Assembly (NCBI GenBank): GCA_951406725.2
Contig: OX597822.1
Coordinates: 27,032,001 to 27,096,000 of the forward strand
Length of the DNA stretch: 64,000 nt
Reading direction: 5' to 3'
DNA from: Octopus vulgaris
Taxonomy: Eukaryota
The position numbers were made by a program, and so were the translations under genes. The notes under the pieces were generated by a model. That model did no database searches. It was not told the origin of the DNA and saw only the letters and a list, made by a program, of their open reading frames with translations. Position 1 is the first letter of the stretch, and each line of letters starts with the position of its first letter. Positions 13,121-28,743 of the stretch are shown piece by piece.

Positions 13121-13775
13121 CTGACTTGACTCAGGTTTGTTCTTATTCCTGGTAGAATTTATATGTGTAGCGGGTTAGCACCTGTAACCTTAGGTATACA
13201 TAAGCTTTCAAGCGCTTAAAATCCTTCTGATAATCTTTCTTGTTCCTAAGAGGCAAGTATTCTGTAGAAGCTGCACCGGACCTCCTACTCCAGTCTCCTT
13301 CAACCATTTTTCTATATCATTATTCACAGTTCATCAAGGCGGCGAACTGGCAGAAACGTTAGCACGCTGGGCGAAATGCGTAGCCTTATTTCGTCCGCCG
13401 TTACGTTGTGAGTTCAAATTCCGCCGAAGTTGACTTTGCCTCTCATCCTTTCGAGGTCAATAAATTAAGTACCAGTTACGCACTGGGGTTGTAATCGACT
13501 TAATACCTATGTCTGTCCTTGTTTGTCCCCTCTATGTTTAGTTCCTTGTGGGTAATAAAGAAATAAGTATTTCGTCTGCCGCTACGTTCTGAGTTCAAAT
13601 TCCGCCGAGGTCGACTTTGCCTTTCATTCTTTCGGGGTCGATAAATTAAGTAGTAGTTACGTCCTGGGGTCGATCTAATCGACTGAATCCCTCGCCACAA
13701 ATATTCGGGACTTGTGCCTAGAGTAGAAAAGATTATTCAGAGTTCCTAATGCACCAATTAATACAGGCATGATAG
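13121..13775 (-). mobile_element. 3' end of a restriction-like-endonuclease LINE (R4/Dong-like), split by a SINE
   Basis: Rejoining across the SINE gives IMPVLIGALGT|VNNDIEKWLKETGVGGPVQLLQNTCLLGTRKIIRRILSA* (stop at 13208-13210), then a 3' UTR and (TAA)n. Confidence 0.8.
13338..13731 (+). mobile_element. SINE family N, dimeric body
   Basis: GGCGGCGAACTGGCAGAAACGTTAG head, two body units, 14-bp TSD ATTATTCA(C/G)AGTTC (13319-13332, 13732-13745). Confidence 0.9.
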
Positions 13776-13939
13776 ATAAATTAGTAAGGAATTTCACTTT
13801 TCCTTTTCTATTATTATTGCATCTGGTTTATTATTTTCTAGCTTTTAATCTGTTTGAATAGGGAAATCTCATAAAATTCTCCTTCTATGGCAGTTCTCCT
13901 TTGCTTGGTGTCTCTGTCGAAAGGGGTTGCTTGGTGGAC

Positions 13940-14400
13940 ACGCTGAAAGGCAGGAAAAAAATACATTTCTCTTTGGTAGGGCTCTCATTGAATTTTTCTC
14001 GTTTCACTTGAAAAGGAAATTGAGAGTGGAGAGAGAAGTGGTGTTCTCGAGGGATTTTATCGAGAGGTGGGTGAAATTTGCGGAAATGGCAAAGAAGGAT
14101 GGTACCTTTCTAAGTTTAGATCTGTGAGTCGGAGAGAAGGAATTGGAGAGAAGGCGTTCTTGTATCAGGATGACCACATCTCTATCCTCCTCCCTACCTT
14201 TTTCTTTTCTTTTGTACCTTTGTATGCTATGCATATATCTCTGCTTTTCCAGTGTATACCGTGTATAATTTTCTTTTTTTTTTATCATTTCATTATTATA
14301 TGTGAACACCCACACTGTCTCTGTATTGCCCCCCTCATCATTCGACCTTGTGGCAAAGAAATGAAATCATCATCATCATCATGATCATCATCATTATTAT
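13940..14400 (+). mobile_element. 3' end of an L1/Tx1-like LINE with (ATC)n tail
   Basis: Terminal ORF remnant GRALIEFFSFHLKRKLRVERE...FIERWVKFA; pyrimidine-rich 3' UTR; ends in ATCATC repeats. Confidence 0.55.
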
Positions 14401-14959
14401 TATTATCATTATTATCATTGTGCACTAGTATAATCCGTAGATTCGTGGTATTTCGTTTAGTTACCCCACTTTGTAACATGGAGGAAATTCATGGAGGAAA
14501 TGCCTTTGGTCAAAAGTCTTCTCTGTAAGGCTGGCCTCAGGATTGAAGAACAGCAGCAACAACAACAAATACAGTACAAATACGAGCTATACAACCACCA
14601 AGATCACTACCGCCGCTGATGCCAAAACAGAATATAGACAGAAATCAATATACAAATAGCTAAATATACAAATTGCTAAAAAGAACTAGATAAACAGATC
14701 GATAAGGATGCATATAGACGTGTGGATATGTACACAAAAACACACACTCACACACACATTTCTTAAAATACTACTGGAATTTATCGTTAAGCAGAATCCA
14801 TTAATGGGTTTCATAATCAGGGTTTTGGAGCAAAATATAATTTGATATAATGGCTTGTAAACTTACAGAATACAAAACTGTTATACGTAAGTACAAATAT
14901 ACATACTTAAGTACATTCATACGCGCAAACACACGTGCATATGTACACGTATGTGTGTA

Positions 14960-16250
<1,291 letters not shown>

Positions 16251-16320
16251 CTTCACTGCACCTCTGTCAATTATCATATTTCAGAGTGACATGCAACCAT
16301 TTTGCTCTTTTGTCCTTCCC

Positions 16321-16355
<35 letters not shown>

Positions 16356-17845
16356 GGAGAAAGAGAGAGAGATAAGAGTATGAATGTATGAAGCGAATGC
16401 GCAAAAATGAAAAAAAAAAAGAAAACTAAGTGAAAAAAAATGGGATAAATAAATAAAAAATCGCCAGTTCTATTTATAGACTGTATAATATTCATTAGAT
16501 ATCTCGTTTAATGGTGGCCAAGATAGTGAAGACTGACCGTGCTACAAACACTAACAACACAAATTGATAAAGCCTGGAAGTCTGTCTGTAGAGTTGGATA
16601 TATGCCTAAACTATTTACATAATTTCCTAACCTCTTCTACTTTACTCGTTCATCTAATTTTTATGTATATTAGATTGACGTCGATTTATTTGTAGAGTGA
16701 GCTGCAGTAGGAGGTATGATATGTGTTAGCCGCTTCGCTGAGTGTTTTTTTTTTAATCTACATTGTTTTTTTTTTCCTTCTAAATTACTTGGCAGTAGGA
16801 GGATGAGGGATGGTGGTTGTAGTGGTGGATAGGGAGTGTAGGAGGAGTGATAGTCACCATCGTATTTGTTGCTCAGCTTGGACTTTTGTCTGCAGCAGAT
16901 AAAAAAAATATTAAATTTACTATCAACAGCAATATGACCATAAGTGGAAGCTTAGTAAAGTGGATGGATGATTACATACACACAGACATACACACACATG
17001 CATACTATTTCTCTCGGTCTCTCTCATACGTACATACTTATACACACAAAGAAAAACATATATATAATGCGTTCTGATTCAGGGTCAAGGTTAGCAATAT
17101 TAAAGGGTGCAGATTTAATCAATATCATTGACCCCAGCACTTGACTAGTATCTTATTTTTTTGAATCCCGAAACGATGTAAAGCAAATTGATTTCGGCAG
17201 GATTTAAGACAACGCAAAGCGCCAGAACAAATATGCTTTTATTGACCTCTAAGAATTCTGGTATCTCGTCCATCGTAAGTGCATGTGTATTCATATATAT
17301 GGGAACAGCTTCCCTTTCATACATGTTTCAATCTTTGTTTTGCAGTGTGTGGTATAATGCTTTGTGATTGTTACTTGTAAATGCACTGTGATCCTAAGAG
17401 AGATTGTTGTACCGGCATGTCTAATATAATAGTTGGAGTCCTGAAGTTTGCAACTTTAAGTTTTACACTCAAGTTTACAGATGACGTTAGGCATTAGTAG
17501 CTTGTTCTCGAGTTTATATGTTTCTGGTGTATTATTTACACGGTGGATTTGGGGTGGGGGTGGTCGATGCCTTTTTGACTACGTATATGTCTGTTGGAAC
17601 AGACATATACGTAATCAAAAGTTTCATAAAATGAATCACGGGAAATTATCACAGCTGACCATTAACTTTAATACTATGCCACGAAACACCAAAGCCAAAT
17701 ACTTCTTTAGCAATTGCATTACAAGCATGTAAACCCGAGATCAAGCTACTAATGACTAAAAAGCACTGTATAATGTTGACTGTCAAACTGAATGTTGTTA
17801 ACTTCAGGACTCCAGCAGTTACACTGGACATATTTGTACCACACG

Positions 17846-17917
<72 letters not shown>

Positions 17918-17926
17918 CATATATAC

Positions 17927-18081
17927 GACGGGCTGCTTTCAGTTTCCATCTAACAAATCCACTCACAAGGCTTTAGTCGTCCGAAGCTAAGACACTTGCC
18001 CAAGGTGGCACGCAGTGGGAATGAACCCAGAACCATGTGGTTGGTAAGCAAGCTACTTACCACACAGCCACTCCACCGCCT
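17927..18081 (-). mobile_element. SINE family C, 5' part
   Basis: Minus-strand head GGCGGTGGAGTGGCTGTGTGGTAAGTAGCTTGCTT...GGGTTCATTCCCACTGCGTG; copies at 26020, 28381, 37595 and 47155. Confidence 0.85.
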
Positions 18082-18311
18082 ATATATATATATTCATGTG
18101 CCTGTACTTGTTCACCTACCTCTTGAGAATCTGTGTTAGTTTGTTTCCATTCCCTTAGTTTGCGGTTCGATAAAAGAAACCGACAAAATAAGAACCTACC
18201 TGCCTTAAAAATAAGAACTGAAGTCAATTTGTTCGGAAGAAAAAAACCCTCCAAGGCGGTGCCCTAGCATGGGCTCAGTCCAATTACTGAAACGTGACAA
18301 AAAGATAAGAT

Positions 18312-18688
18312 AACAAGAGCACTCAGAGAGCGCAACCGTTCGCCAAGGCAAAACCAATGTCCTCTCCACGATTAAGCAGAGATGATTTTCAAAATGAGAA
18401 TATCTGAAATTACACAAATGCTCTTACAAACGAGAATACTAAAAATGAATCCGATTGCTCTCAAAAATAAAGTTAAAATCCAGGAAAAATTATCCAGAAG
18501 CATTGTCCGGTACCGGATCGATCCCAAAATCTAATCAGTTCGTCCTAGTCACGAGGCCAAATATCTCTGACAGTTTCATCTAAATCCATCCAGCGGTTCT
18601 TGAGATATCATGTCCACGGACAAAGAAGCAAACAAACTAACAAACACAACTGAAAACAATACCTCCGCCTTCGCTAAAGCAGAAATAA
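18312..18688 (+). mobile_element. Non-autonomous element, Helentron/HINE-like (copy 1)
   Basis: Starts AACAAGAGCACTCAGAGAGCG, ends in the palindrome-like ACCTCCGCCTTCGCTAAAGCAGA; homologous to 21464-21840. Confidence 0.6.
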
Positions 18689-19054
18689 ATATAAAACCCA
18701 CGCATTTACGCTTGACTCTATCAAGCGACAGAAAGAGTAGACGGACACGCCAACTGGCATTCTTGGTATTCTTCTTACATTTAAGTCCTGCGTTCAAATC
18801 CCGTCGGGGATCAGCAGACCAGCTACTTGCAGATAAAGATTCAATAAGTTATATTGATTACGTAAATATTTTTAGCATTCTGTCAATATGAAAAATCAAT
18901 AATTTTGGCGCTTTTCTCTCCCATTCTGTTATTTTCTTATTCTTCTGCCATAGTACTATTTTTTTCTTCTACTTATCATCAAAACTTTCTTCCAATTTCC
19001 TTATTACGTATTCTATCTCTGCTCAATATATATAATATATAACAATATATAACA

Positions 19055-19119
<65 letters not shown>

Positions 19120-19227
19120 ATATGTATGCATATATGTTTATATATGTATATATATACACACATATATATGTATATATATTTATGTATATAATATATGTAT
19201 GTATATGTATATGTACACACACACACG

Positions 19228-19280
<53 letters not shown>

Positions 19281-19590
19281 CACTAGAATCAATTATATAA
19301 ATAAACAGTATACTGTAAAAATGGTTTCTTCATAATGAATATCATATACAAATAAGCTCTGCCTATCCATACACACTTCTATTCATACACACGTACACAC
19401 ACTTACACATACGCACGCATATAGACACACACACATACATTCACACGCTGTTGTGTACACACACACACACACGTGTGCTTATTTATTTCGTTTGCTTTAT
19501 TTACATTCAGAAATATTTACAGAGTAAATAAACCACATGAACGAAATGGTGAGACCAATATCATATCACATCATATCATATCATATGATA

Positions 19591-19639
<49 letters not shown>

Positions 19640-20225
19640 CATATACACACACACACACATCTTTGTATGTGTTTGATAATACATACATACAAACACACAC
19701 ATATATATTTACACGCACACGCACACATATATGTATGTATGTAACGTGTGATAAGTATGTACATATATATATATGTATATAAATATGTAGGCAGTGCCGA
19801 TACCACTATAAATGTGATAATATATTGACTGTATTAACGATAAGCCAATATATTGAACGAATGAAGGAAAAAGAAAAACAAAGACTCTGATCTACTTTAC
19901 ATCTGCCTTGTCAGCAGTAACACATCGATCTCTTTTCTCCACCGCATCTTGCCTAAGGTGATTACGTATTCGTTGAGTATTTGAAAAAAAAAATCTTTAC
20001 TGGGTTTCCGTCTGATAGCTATATAGACTTATCTGAAGAAGATATTCGGTTACAGAGAATGATTTCGTATCAATAAATTCTACCCTTTCTGTATATCTGC
20101 ATCTACATGAACTTTTATTTTTATATTTCTATAAATATATTTTCTTTTTATATAACATATTCTTTATCATATCTGCAATAAATTATCAGGCATACCTGCG
20201 CGCGAATACACACACACACACACAG

Positions 20226-20274
<49 letters not shown>

Positions 20275-20477
20275 CACATACACATATATATATATACATA
20301 CACATATATATATATACATACACATATATATATACATACACATATATATATATATACATACATACACATATATATATATATACATACATACATATATATA
20401 TACATACACACATATATATACATACACACATATATATATACATATATATATATACATACACACATATATATATACAT

Positions 20478-20560
<83 letters not shown>

Positions 20561-20929
20561 CATATATACATATATACATACATATATATATATACGCACG
20601 GAAACGCATTTAAACACGCGTAGATTTTTCAAGCTTTATATGTTTGAATGGAAAAGAAAAATCCCGTGAAGCCTTGTGTTGAAAAGAGATAGCGTTTACA
20701 CTGTGACAGAGTTTGTTTATACTTAATTAAATATATGTGGTATTTGTTATACACTTATTGTTCCTTTTAGTCTTTCGGTAGTACACGGCAGCCGAGTCAT
20801 CGATACATTTCACAACTGATACGACAATAAAGGAGAAAGGATACTGGGATAGTATGATACGAATCGATAACAATGTTCTGTGGTGTTTAAGAAACGCTGC
20901 TAAATTGAAATATATATATATATATATAT

Positions 20930-21130
20930 AGTTAATTCAAACATGAAAACACAAAGAGAAAACACAACAACGCGAGGACGTGGAACAAATATAGTATTAT
21001 TGGACGCTCAGGAAAGAAGGAAAGAAGGAGGGTTTAACGTTTCGAGCGGAGCTCTTCGTCGGAAACATCCAGAGGAAAGATCCAGAGAAGGGAAGACAGA
21101 GGAAAAAAATCGCCAACGGTACACACGCGC
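20930..21130 (-). mobile_element. Putative Penelope-like pLTR fragment next to (TA)n
   Basis: Carries the minimal hammerhead motif at 21032-21066; abuts a TA tract. Confidence 0.6.
21032..21066 (-). ncRNA. Minimal type I hammerhead ribozyme motif, CCGACGA core variant
   Basis: rc: GTTT-CCGACGA-A-GAGC tcc GCTC-GAAA-CG-TT-AAAC. Stem I GTTT/AAAC, stem II GAGC/GCTC, palindromic ACGT stem III. Confidence 0.7.
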
Positions 21131-21145
21131 TCATAAATGTATGTG

Positions 21146-21228
<83 letters not shown>

Positions 21229-21463
21229 ACACACACAAACACATACTCACACATACAAATATACATATTATCATACATTCGCATATACATAAATGCATAC
21301 ATTCACCCGCATGCATATGCGCAGTCTCACTCAGGCGACACAATACATTTATCAATAGATCGGACAGAACTTCCAGCGACAATATATATGAGAAAAATTT
21401 GATGCAGAAAGCAAAGCAATAAGACAAACTATGGATATGGATATGAAGATAAAACAATTTCAC

Positions 21464-21840
21464 AAACAAGAGCACTAAGAGAGCGCGAACCTCCGCCAAG
21501 GCAACACGAACGTCCTCTCAATGATTAGCCGGAGATGATTTTCAAAATGAGAATATCTGTAATAAACTCGACTGCTTTTACAAACGAGAATACTAAAAAT
21601 GAACCCGACGGCTCTCAAAAATAAAGTAACAAAACAGGAAAAATAATCCAGAATCCTTGTCCGGTACCGGATCGATCCCCAAATCTAATCAGCTCGTACC
21701 AGTCAAGGGGGCAAATATCCCTGATAGTTTCATCCTATTCCATCCAGCGGTTCTTGAGATATCTTGTCCACGAACAAACAAACAAACAAGCAAACACGAC
21801 TGAAAACAATGCCTCCGCCTTCGCTAAGGCGGGGGTAATA
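21464..21840 (+). mobile_element. Non-autonomous element, Helentron/HINE-like (copy 2)
   Basis: ACCTCCGCC near the left end, and right-end hairpin GCCTCCGCCTT-CGCT-AAGGCGGGGG; internal (AAAC)n. Confidence 0.65.
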
Positions 21841-23109
21841 AACCCGATGTTATGTTGAGCAAAGCGATAAATAAAGTACTTAATACCGAGGGAACCTCCA
21901 TCAGTATTCAACGTAAACTGGACTAGCTTACTTGTAAAATTAACGTCCAGGTAGCCGAGTATTCCATAGACAAGCGTACACTTAACATAATCCTCAGATA
22001 GAATCAGCGTGTCTCAACATCAGACTACACTGTACTATTAAATTTCGAGTACAATCCACTCAACAGGATTCTGCAAAGTTTCCTTCTCAATTTTACTCAT
22101 AAGATGTAGAGCGACTTGAAGCTACGGTAAAAAAGTACTGGTCGTAGATGCCACGCAGTAAGATCGGACCCGGAACTTTTCATATTATGAAGAGACTTTC
22201 TCAACCGCGCGGCCATGCCTGCGTCTATAGCATTAAATATTAAAGTGTCACCTTTTATGTGACTCGTAAGTTTGGAAGTATATATTTGCCAATAAGGCTA
22301 GTATCAGGAAATGTCATATATACACATTGATTATTATTTAAATGCTATCAACTTTCTGATGCTTATACAACGCGATGAAACGAATATTCATTTCCTAAGA
22401 ATATTTCTCTTAAAATAAATTAATTAAAACAAATTTCTCCGTCGTATAATTCCTTCTGTAACTACTTTGTCATTTACTCCGTCTTTTCCTCCCCTTCCTC
22501 CTCCTCTGTTTCAATGATACTTTCTCTTAGTGTATGTGTTTTTCCTTTACTCATTGTCTGACGCAAAGCCTAGTATTTGTACTCATCTGCACCGATTACA
22601 TTAACTCTCTCTATATCTTTCTTTTACTCTCTCTGTATCTCTCTTTTACTCTCTATTTCCTTCTCTGTATGCAGTGTAAAGTATAACTGGGGTCATTAGC
22701 CAACCTATCAGGCAACCAATAATTTCATCGGCTATTATTGTATAAATCAAAAATTAAAGTTGAAAACATAACCCAACATATACTGAACAGTTACACTTAA
22801 CTACGACCAACTTATAGCAACACAACCAGATAAAGAAACAGAATTAAATCTGTGAACTACCTTCGTTTGTCAAGTTTTTACAAAGCCAGATCCAGTTTCA
22901 AAAGCGTTATGCTTCAATTCTTTAACACCATCAAAGACAGGTTTACGATCAACGCATCATTCCTCAAAAATTCTTATTGTGCAGAACAATCTAAGAATAC
23001 CTCAACATGCTCCCGACGATCATATGTTTGGTATGAACTGGAAGGAGCATTGAAAAAAAAAAAAAAAAAACTGATTTGATCCGAAAGCAAACAAAAATAA
23101 ATGACATCT

Positions 23110-23300
23110 TCGAAAGAGATAAACAGAAATGGGCTGATCACGTCCAGAGGATGCGTGATAAGATGCCAAAGAAAAACCTGACAGACCGCAAAAGAATTAA
23201 AATAGGGCAGCGAACGAGATGTGAGGAAAGTATATGATAGATCTGAAAAACATCCAGATTGGAAGCCAAACCTGTCTTCTACACATTCCTAATAACAGGC
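23110..23300 (+). mobile_element. RTE-like LINE 3' fragment
   Basis: QKWADHVQRMRDKMPKK resembles the RTE motif W.GHV.RM...R.PK. Confidence 0.55.
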
Positions 23301-23479
23301 ACATGAAAATATATTCACGGGCTCCAAGAATGACAACAATCACAACAGACACAACAGTAAGGACAAGATGTGTTTTAAGGCTGTTTTCTCCTGTTAGAGT
23401 CAGGAGAATTAACCTTCTATGTCCCGTCACCCTCTTCTTCCTTTAGATTTCTATACATTACTTCGTTTTTCACTTAATT

Positions 23480-24050
23480 AGGCAAAAGTCTGGTTAAAAG
23501 TCTGGCCTTGTAGCCACGTGGTTTGGGTTGAGTCTCACTACGCAGCATCTTGAGTAAGTGCCTTCTAGTAGATTCCCGGGCCGACCAATGTTCTGTAAGT
23601 GAATTTAGTAGACGGAAATTGTGTGGAAGCCCGTCATATATATATGTTTCTTTATTACCCACAAGGGGCTAAACATAGAGGGGACAAACAAGGACAGACA
23701 AACGGATTAAGTCGATTACATCGACCCCAGTGCGTAACTGGTACTTAATTTATCGACCCCCGAAAGGATGAAAGGCAAAGTCGACCTCGGCGGAATTTGA
23801 ACTCAGAACGTATATATAAGCGCACAGTCGTGCGTCTGTGTGTTAGTGTTTGTGTGTGTGTGTGTTAGTGTTTATTTTCGTCCCACCACTGATTGACAAC
23901 CGGTAATTTACAACCCCGTAAATTTGTGGTTCGAGAAAGAGACCAAGAGATTAAGTACTGGACTGGGGTCAGTTGGTTCGACTTAATCCTGTAAGACGAT
24001 GCCCCAGCATGACCACAGCCCTTTAACTGAAGGAAGTAAAAGATAAACGA
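23480..24050 (+). mobile_element. SINE family C copy interrupted by a minus-strand family N SINE (23645-23810)
   Basis: 5' part 23480-23635 and 3' part 23830-24050 match other family C copies; the insert matches the family N body. Confidence 0.75.
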
Positions 24051-24532
24051 TAAAGTTATCTTGTTTTCGTTTCCTTCTTCAACATCTTTATCATTTATCT
24101 TTCTCAGTCTTCCCCATCTCCGTTACATCCTTTCACTTTCATTTCCATCACAACTAACACCCAGTCACCTGCATATTTTCTCAACACATTACTTAGCTCT
24201 CTTATTCCATTTCTCTTTCCAGCATCCCACTCTAGGTCAATGCTCACCATTCTCTGAAATTCATTGTTTGTCTTCCTATCACTCAGCGGTACCCCGCTTA
24301 ATAGCCAAACCATTTCTATACTTCCAAGTTCCTTCACCTGTTGCTTCGTAATCATTCGTTACCATGTCTCAGTCCTATAGATCATAGCCCTTTTTACACT
24401 TACAAACTTCACCGTTTCCTTAAGAGAATAGACAAATACATGCATTTATTCCAATGCGTGTCTTGACTGTTTGATCAATGAATACGCCATAATGCATTCT
24501 ATGGATTATGTATGCTCAAAATGTGTACTCCC

Positions 24533-24598
<66 letters not shown>

Positions 24599-24823
24599 CT
24601 ACATATATATATATCTATATATATCTACCTCTACATGTATATATACACGCATATATGAGTACAGGACACCAAAAAAAACGTCGAACACAATGAGAAAAGA
24701 AAACATAGACACAAACCCAAGGAAAAAACCCCTTCTTCAGTCGCCATGGTTTCATCTACTCTACGTTTCGAAGGTGAATGCGATATATATGTATGTATGA
24801 GTGTGTGTGTGTGTATACATACA

Positions 24824-24869
<46 letters not shown>

Positions 24870-25146
24870 ATATATATATATATATAATTTTTAACTGCAT
24901 ACAACCTCAATAAATTGACTTGTAAGAGCATAAAAAATTACTTTTCCCAAAGGCTGAAACAGCTGTAAGAGTGATTCTAATGATTCCAATAATTCATATT
25001 AAGGTTTTTATAAGTGTATTCTTAGCTTATATGTATTGAATTTTAATGTATATATGTACGTTATTAAGGTTCTCGTTTTGCTAAATATTCTAATATCCTA
25101 AAGCTGATAAACCAATTAAATTGTTTCTCCATTTACTTATTGTATT

Positions 25147-25197
<51 letters not shown>

Positions 25198-25303
25198 TAC
25201 ATCATACAGGAAACATCCTGTTTTCGGTAACATGGAAAGGAAGGATATGTCGGACGAAATGTGTAATATACTTTATAAGATATATATTTCTTCATATACA
25301 TAC

Positions 25304-25375
<72 letters not shown>

Positions 25376-26019
25376 ATGTGTGCGTGTGTGTGTGTGTGTG
25401 TGTTTGTGCATGAGTACGTGTGCGTGTGTAGTTAATGAATAGTGTAGAGAAGCAATACCTGTATATACATACAGACACATACACGTATATATAACAACAT
25501 AACAACCTCACAAAAGGCCAAGTAATGCAAAAGAATGTTTACTCGTCATCTGAGTGAGGTTCATGTAGTGCAAAACATAACACTTGAAGACACACGACTG
25601 AATGTGGTTGATAGATTTCCACATCATAGTAAGTATCAGTAAAGCCGGATCACTTGATGTGAAAATCAGAGAGTTGAAAATGCCACTTTAGCATTTGGAA
25701 TACTAGTGAAAAGGATGCGGGAGGACCGAAATATGATTAGGGCTGCGATATTTGCTTACAGTGCCATATTTGTGAGGAAACATACAGGTGTGGGATGGGG
25801 TTTGAAAGCTACCTACGTGCTCACAGCCGAGTATTTATCGATGACTTTTGAAAGGATGGCAATATTCAGAAAAGAAGCAGCAATCATTACCTATAACAAC
25901 TTCCCCAGACATATCACACACACACACACACACACACAAAGTTGCGCTCGCACACTCACAAACACACACACACACATATGTAACGAATCGACTCCAGTAT
26001 TTAGTCTTTGTAAGCCTGC

Positions 26020-26368
26020 TATTTATTCTATCGATCTCTTGCACCGAACCGCTAACTTACGAGGACGAAAATCGTTTATCAAGCAGTGGAAAACAAACAC
26101 AGATGCGATGACATACACACACACGTACACAAACACACACAATTACACACACGCGCACACACACTCATACACACACGTGCACACACACACATACAGACAC
26201 ACATTCGACGGCCTTCTTTCACTTTACCTCTTCCAAAGATATTCACAAAACTTAGGCCTGTCGAGGCTATAGTAGAAGACACTTGGCCAAGGTGCCACGC
26301 AGTGAGACTGAACCCATAACTACTTGATTGGGAAGCAAACTTCTTACCCACACAGGCACGCCTGCGCC
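26020..26368 (-). mobile_element. SINE family C
   Basis: rc head GGCGCAGGCGTGCCTGTGTGGGTAAGAAGTTTGCTTCCCAA; internal (CA)n. Confidence 0.8.
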
Positions 26369-27217
26369 TTACATAAACTTATTTTAAACCACTTTTAAGG
26401 ATAACTACTAAGCATTTACAGATGGCGTGACTTTATAGTGAGAGTTAATTCAAATTTATTGCAAAGATCAATTTGACTGCATTTCACAAATTTTCCTTCC
26501 ATATATGTTTCGAAAATAAGTTGAATTCGCATCCAGGAATCAAACACACGGTCTGAATGCGTCTATATGCTTCTGTTGATTGTCTTCGGAGTTTGCGCTC
26601 AGAATCATCAGTGTTACCTGTCAAATTGGTGCCATTTTATTCAGTCTCCATTGCCATTGACCTACTTCAGTTTTAGTACTGATATAAATACATGACCCCC
26701 ATTATTCCCTTTTTAACCAGCGATGTCAAACAGTCAACTTCTTGTCCACTCTCTCTCTCTCTCTTTCTCATTGTCACCAATAGTAAACCTCTTAAGTCAC
26801 TATCATCCCCGTCCAAAACGATTAGTGTTAATCTCATTGCAACTACAAGATATCCACTAGCAAAGCTAACACACACACACATACATACATATATGACTCC
26901 CGACTCTTAGCAGTTGTGCTAAACCTATTAACGGTTAAGTAAAAGCTATGATAAATATAAATCATTGTCTGTCAGTTTATATCAAAGCAACTTGAAATTA
27001 CCAACTATGTAACACGCTGTTTTTCTTGAAAGGTAGCATTTTACCTTTCAACCAACCAACCAACTTTTGCTTAACTTGCTACACGCAGCCTTACCGAAAC
27101 TTATTAACCAATCTACATACATACATACATACATACATACATACATACATACATACATACATACATACATACATACATACTTACGTACGTACGTACGTAC
27201 ATACATACATACATACA

Positions 27218-27283
<66 letters not shown>

Positions 27284-27287
<4 letters not shown>

Positions 27288-27479
27288 TCCCGGGTTGATT
27301 CGGGGTTAACCACAGTAAATAAGGTACTCAATACATAGCAGAGTAAAATTAATTTATTATATAGAAGGAGCTTCTACAGGACTAGAACTGTTTCATTCAA
27401 GAGAAATCTTCAGGAAGCTCTTCCTGAAGATTTCTCTTGAATGAAACAGTTCTAGTCCTGTAGAAGCTCCTTCTATATA

Positions 27480-27485
<6 letters not shown>
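27284..27485 (-). mobile_element. Fold-back Penelope-like pLTR remnant inserted in (TA)n
   Basis: Perfect about 65-bp inverted arms (27352-27417 / 27420-27485), unique tail to 27284, (TA)n on both sides. Confidence 0.8.
27368..27420 (-). ncRNA. Type I hammerhead ribozyme motif; mirror copy on + strand at 27420-27466
   Basis: rc: GAGCTTC-CTGAAGA-tTTC tctt GAAt-GAAA-CAG ttctagtc CTG-TA-GAAGCTC. 7-bp stem I, intact core, GUA cleavage triplet. Confidence 0.85.
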
Positions 27486-27539
<54 letters not shown>

Positions 27540-27754
27540 TAGAATAAGAAATAAAATGTCCAGTATTATATATTTCAAACTCCTATCAGAGTTACCTCGA
27601 TACTCAATTTATTGACCCTGAGGGATGAAAAGCAAAACCGACCTCGGCGGAATTTGAACGCAGATCGTAAAGACAGAGGAAATACCGCTAAGCATTCATT
27701 ATTAAAGAGAAAAAAAAATTATCAGAATAGCAATTTCTATCAATTTTTAAACAT

Positions 27755-27975
<221 letters not shown>

Positions 27976-28500
27976 TGTTTATTTGTCTGTCTGTGTGCCT
28001 GCCTGCCTGTTTGTCTCTATCTGAAAAGAAAGAGTTTCTTAAATAAGGAGAGACGCAGATACGTAAAAGCCTAACAGTTGGCTGGATGTATTTTCTGAGT
28101 GCAAATTAATGTTTACAATGCGTATAATGACTGGAAATCTTACTCATTATATTAAACTTTTGTTCAGACACTTGGAATCAGTTCTAATCAAATTAACTTG
28201 CTCAAAGTTGTGATGGGGCTACTGAATTATCCGAATTTCTCCTAGCTGAAAATAGATACTGTGGGTTAGAACAACCGGTAGTTCCAGACAATAATAATAC
28301 TGACTACATTTTATGATTAACATGTAGAGTTGATTTGCTCCTCATGCATATACGTATAGCGGAATCCCACCAGTAATATAGGCGCAGCCACGACTGTATG
28401 GTAAGAAGCTTGCTTCCCAACCACATGGTCCCGAGTTCAGTCTCACTGCGTGGCACCTTGGGTGAGTGCCGACCAAAGACATGTTCCTTTTTGAACTACA

Positions 28501-28576
<76 letters not shown>

Positions 28577-28600
28577 ACATACATACATACATACATACAA

Positions 28601-28699
28601 GTTCAGCAAAATTTAGATTCAGATGAATATGGCACTTAAGTTAAAGGCACCAGAATTTTGTATGGTATTATCCATATAAATCAAATGGGGTTATTATAA
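28601..28699. repeat. Interspersed repeat between microsatellites; second copy at 51817-51915
   Basis: TTCAGCAAAATTTAGATTCAGATGA.TATGG.ACTTAAGTTAAAGGCACCAGAATTT...ATTATAA nearly identical in both places. Confidence 0.9.

Positions 28700-28743
<44 letters not shown>

Noticed and set aside
20020-20075. CTGAAGA box as a hammerhead (similar weak cases near 12355-12390, 40040-40090 and 57340-57415)
   Set aside because: GAAA box or stem I cannot be completed; too degenerate to support.
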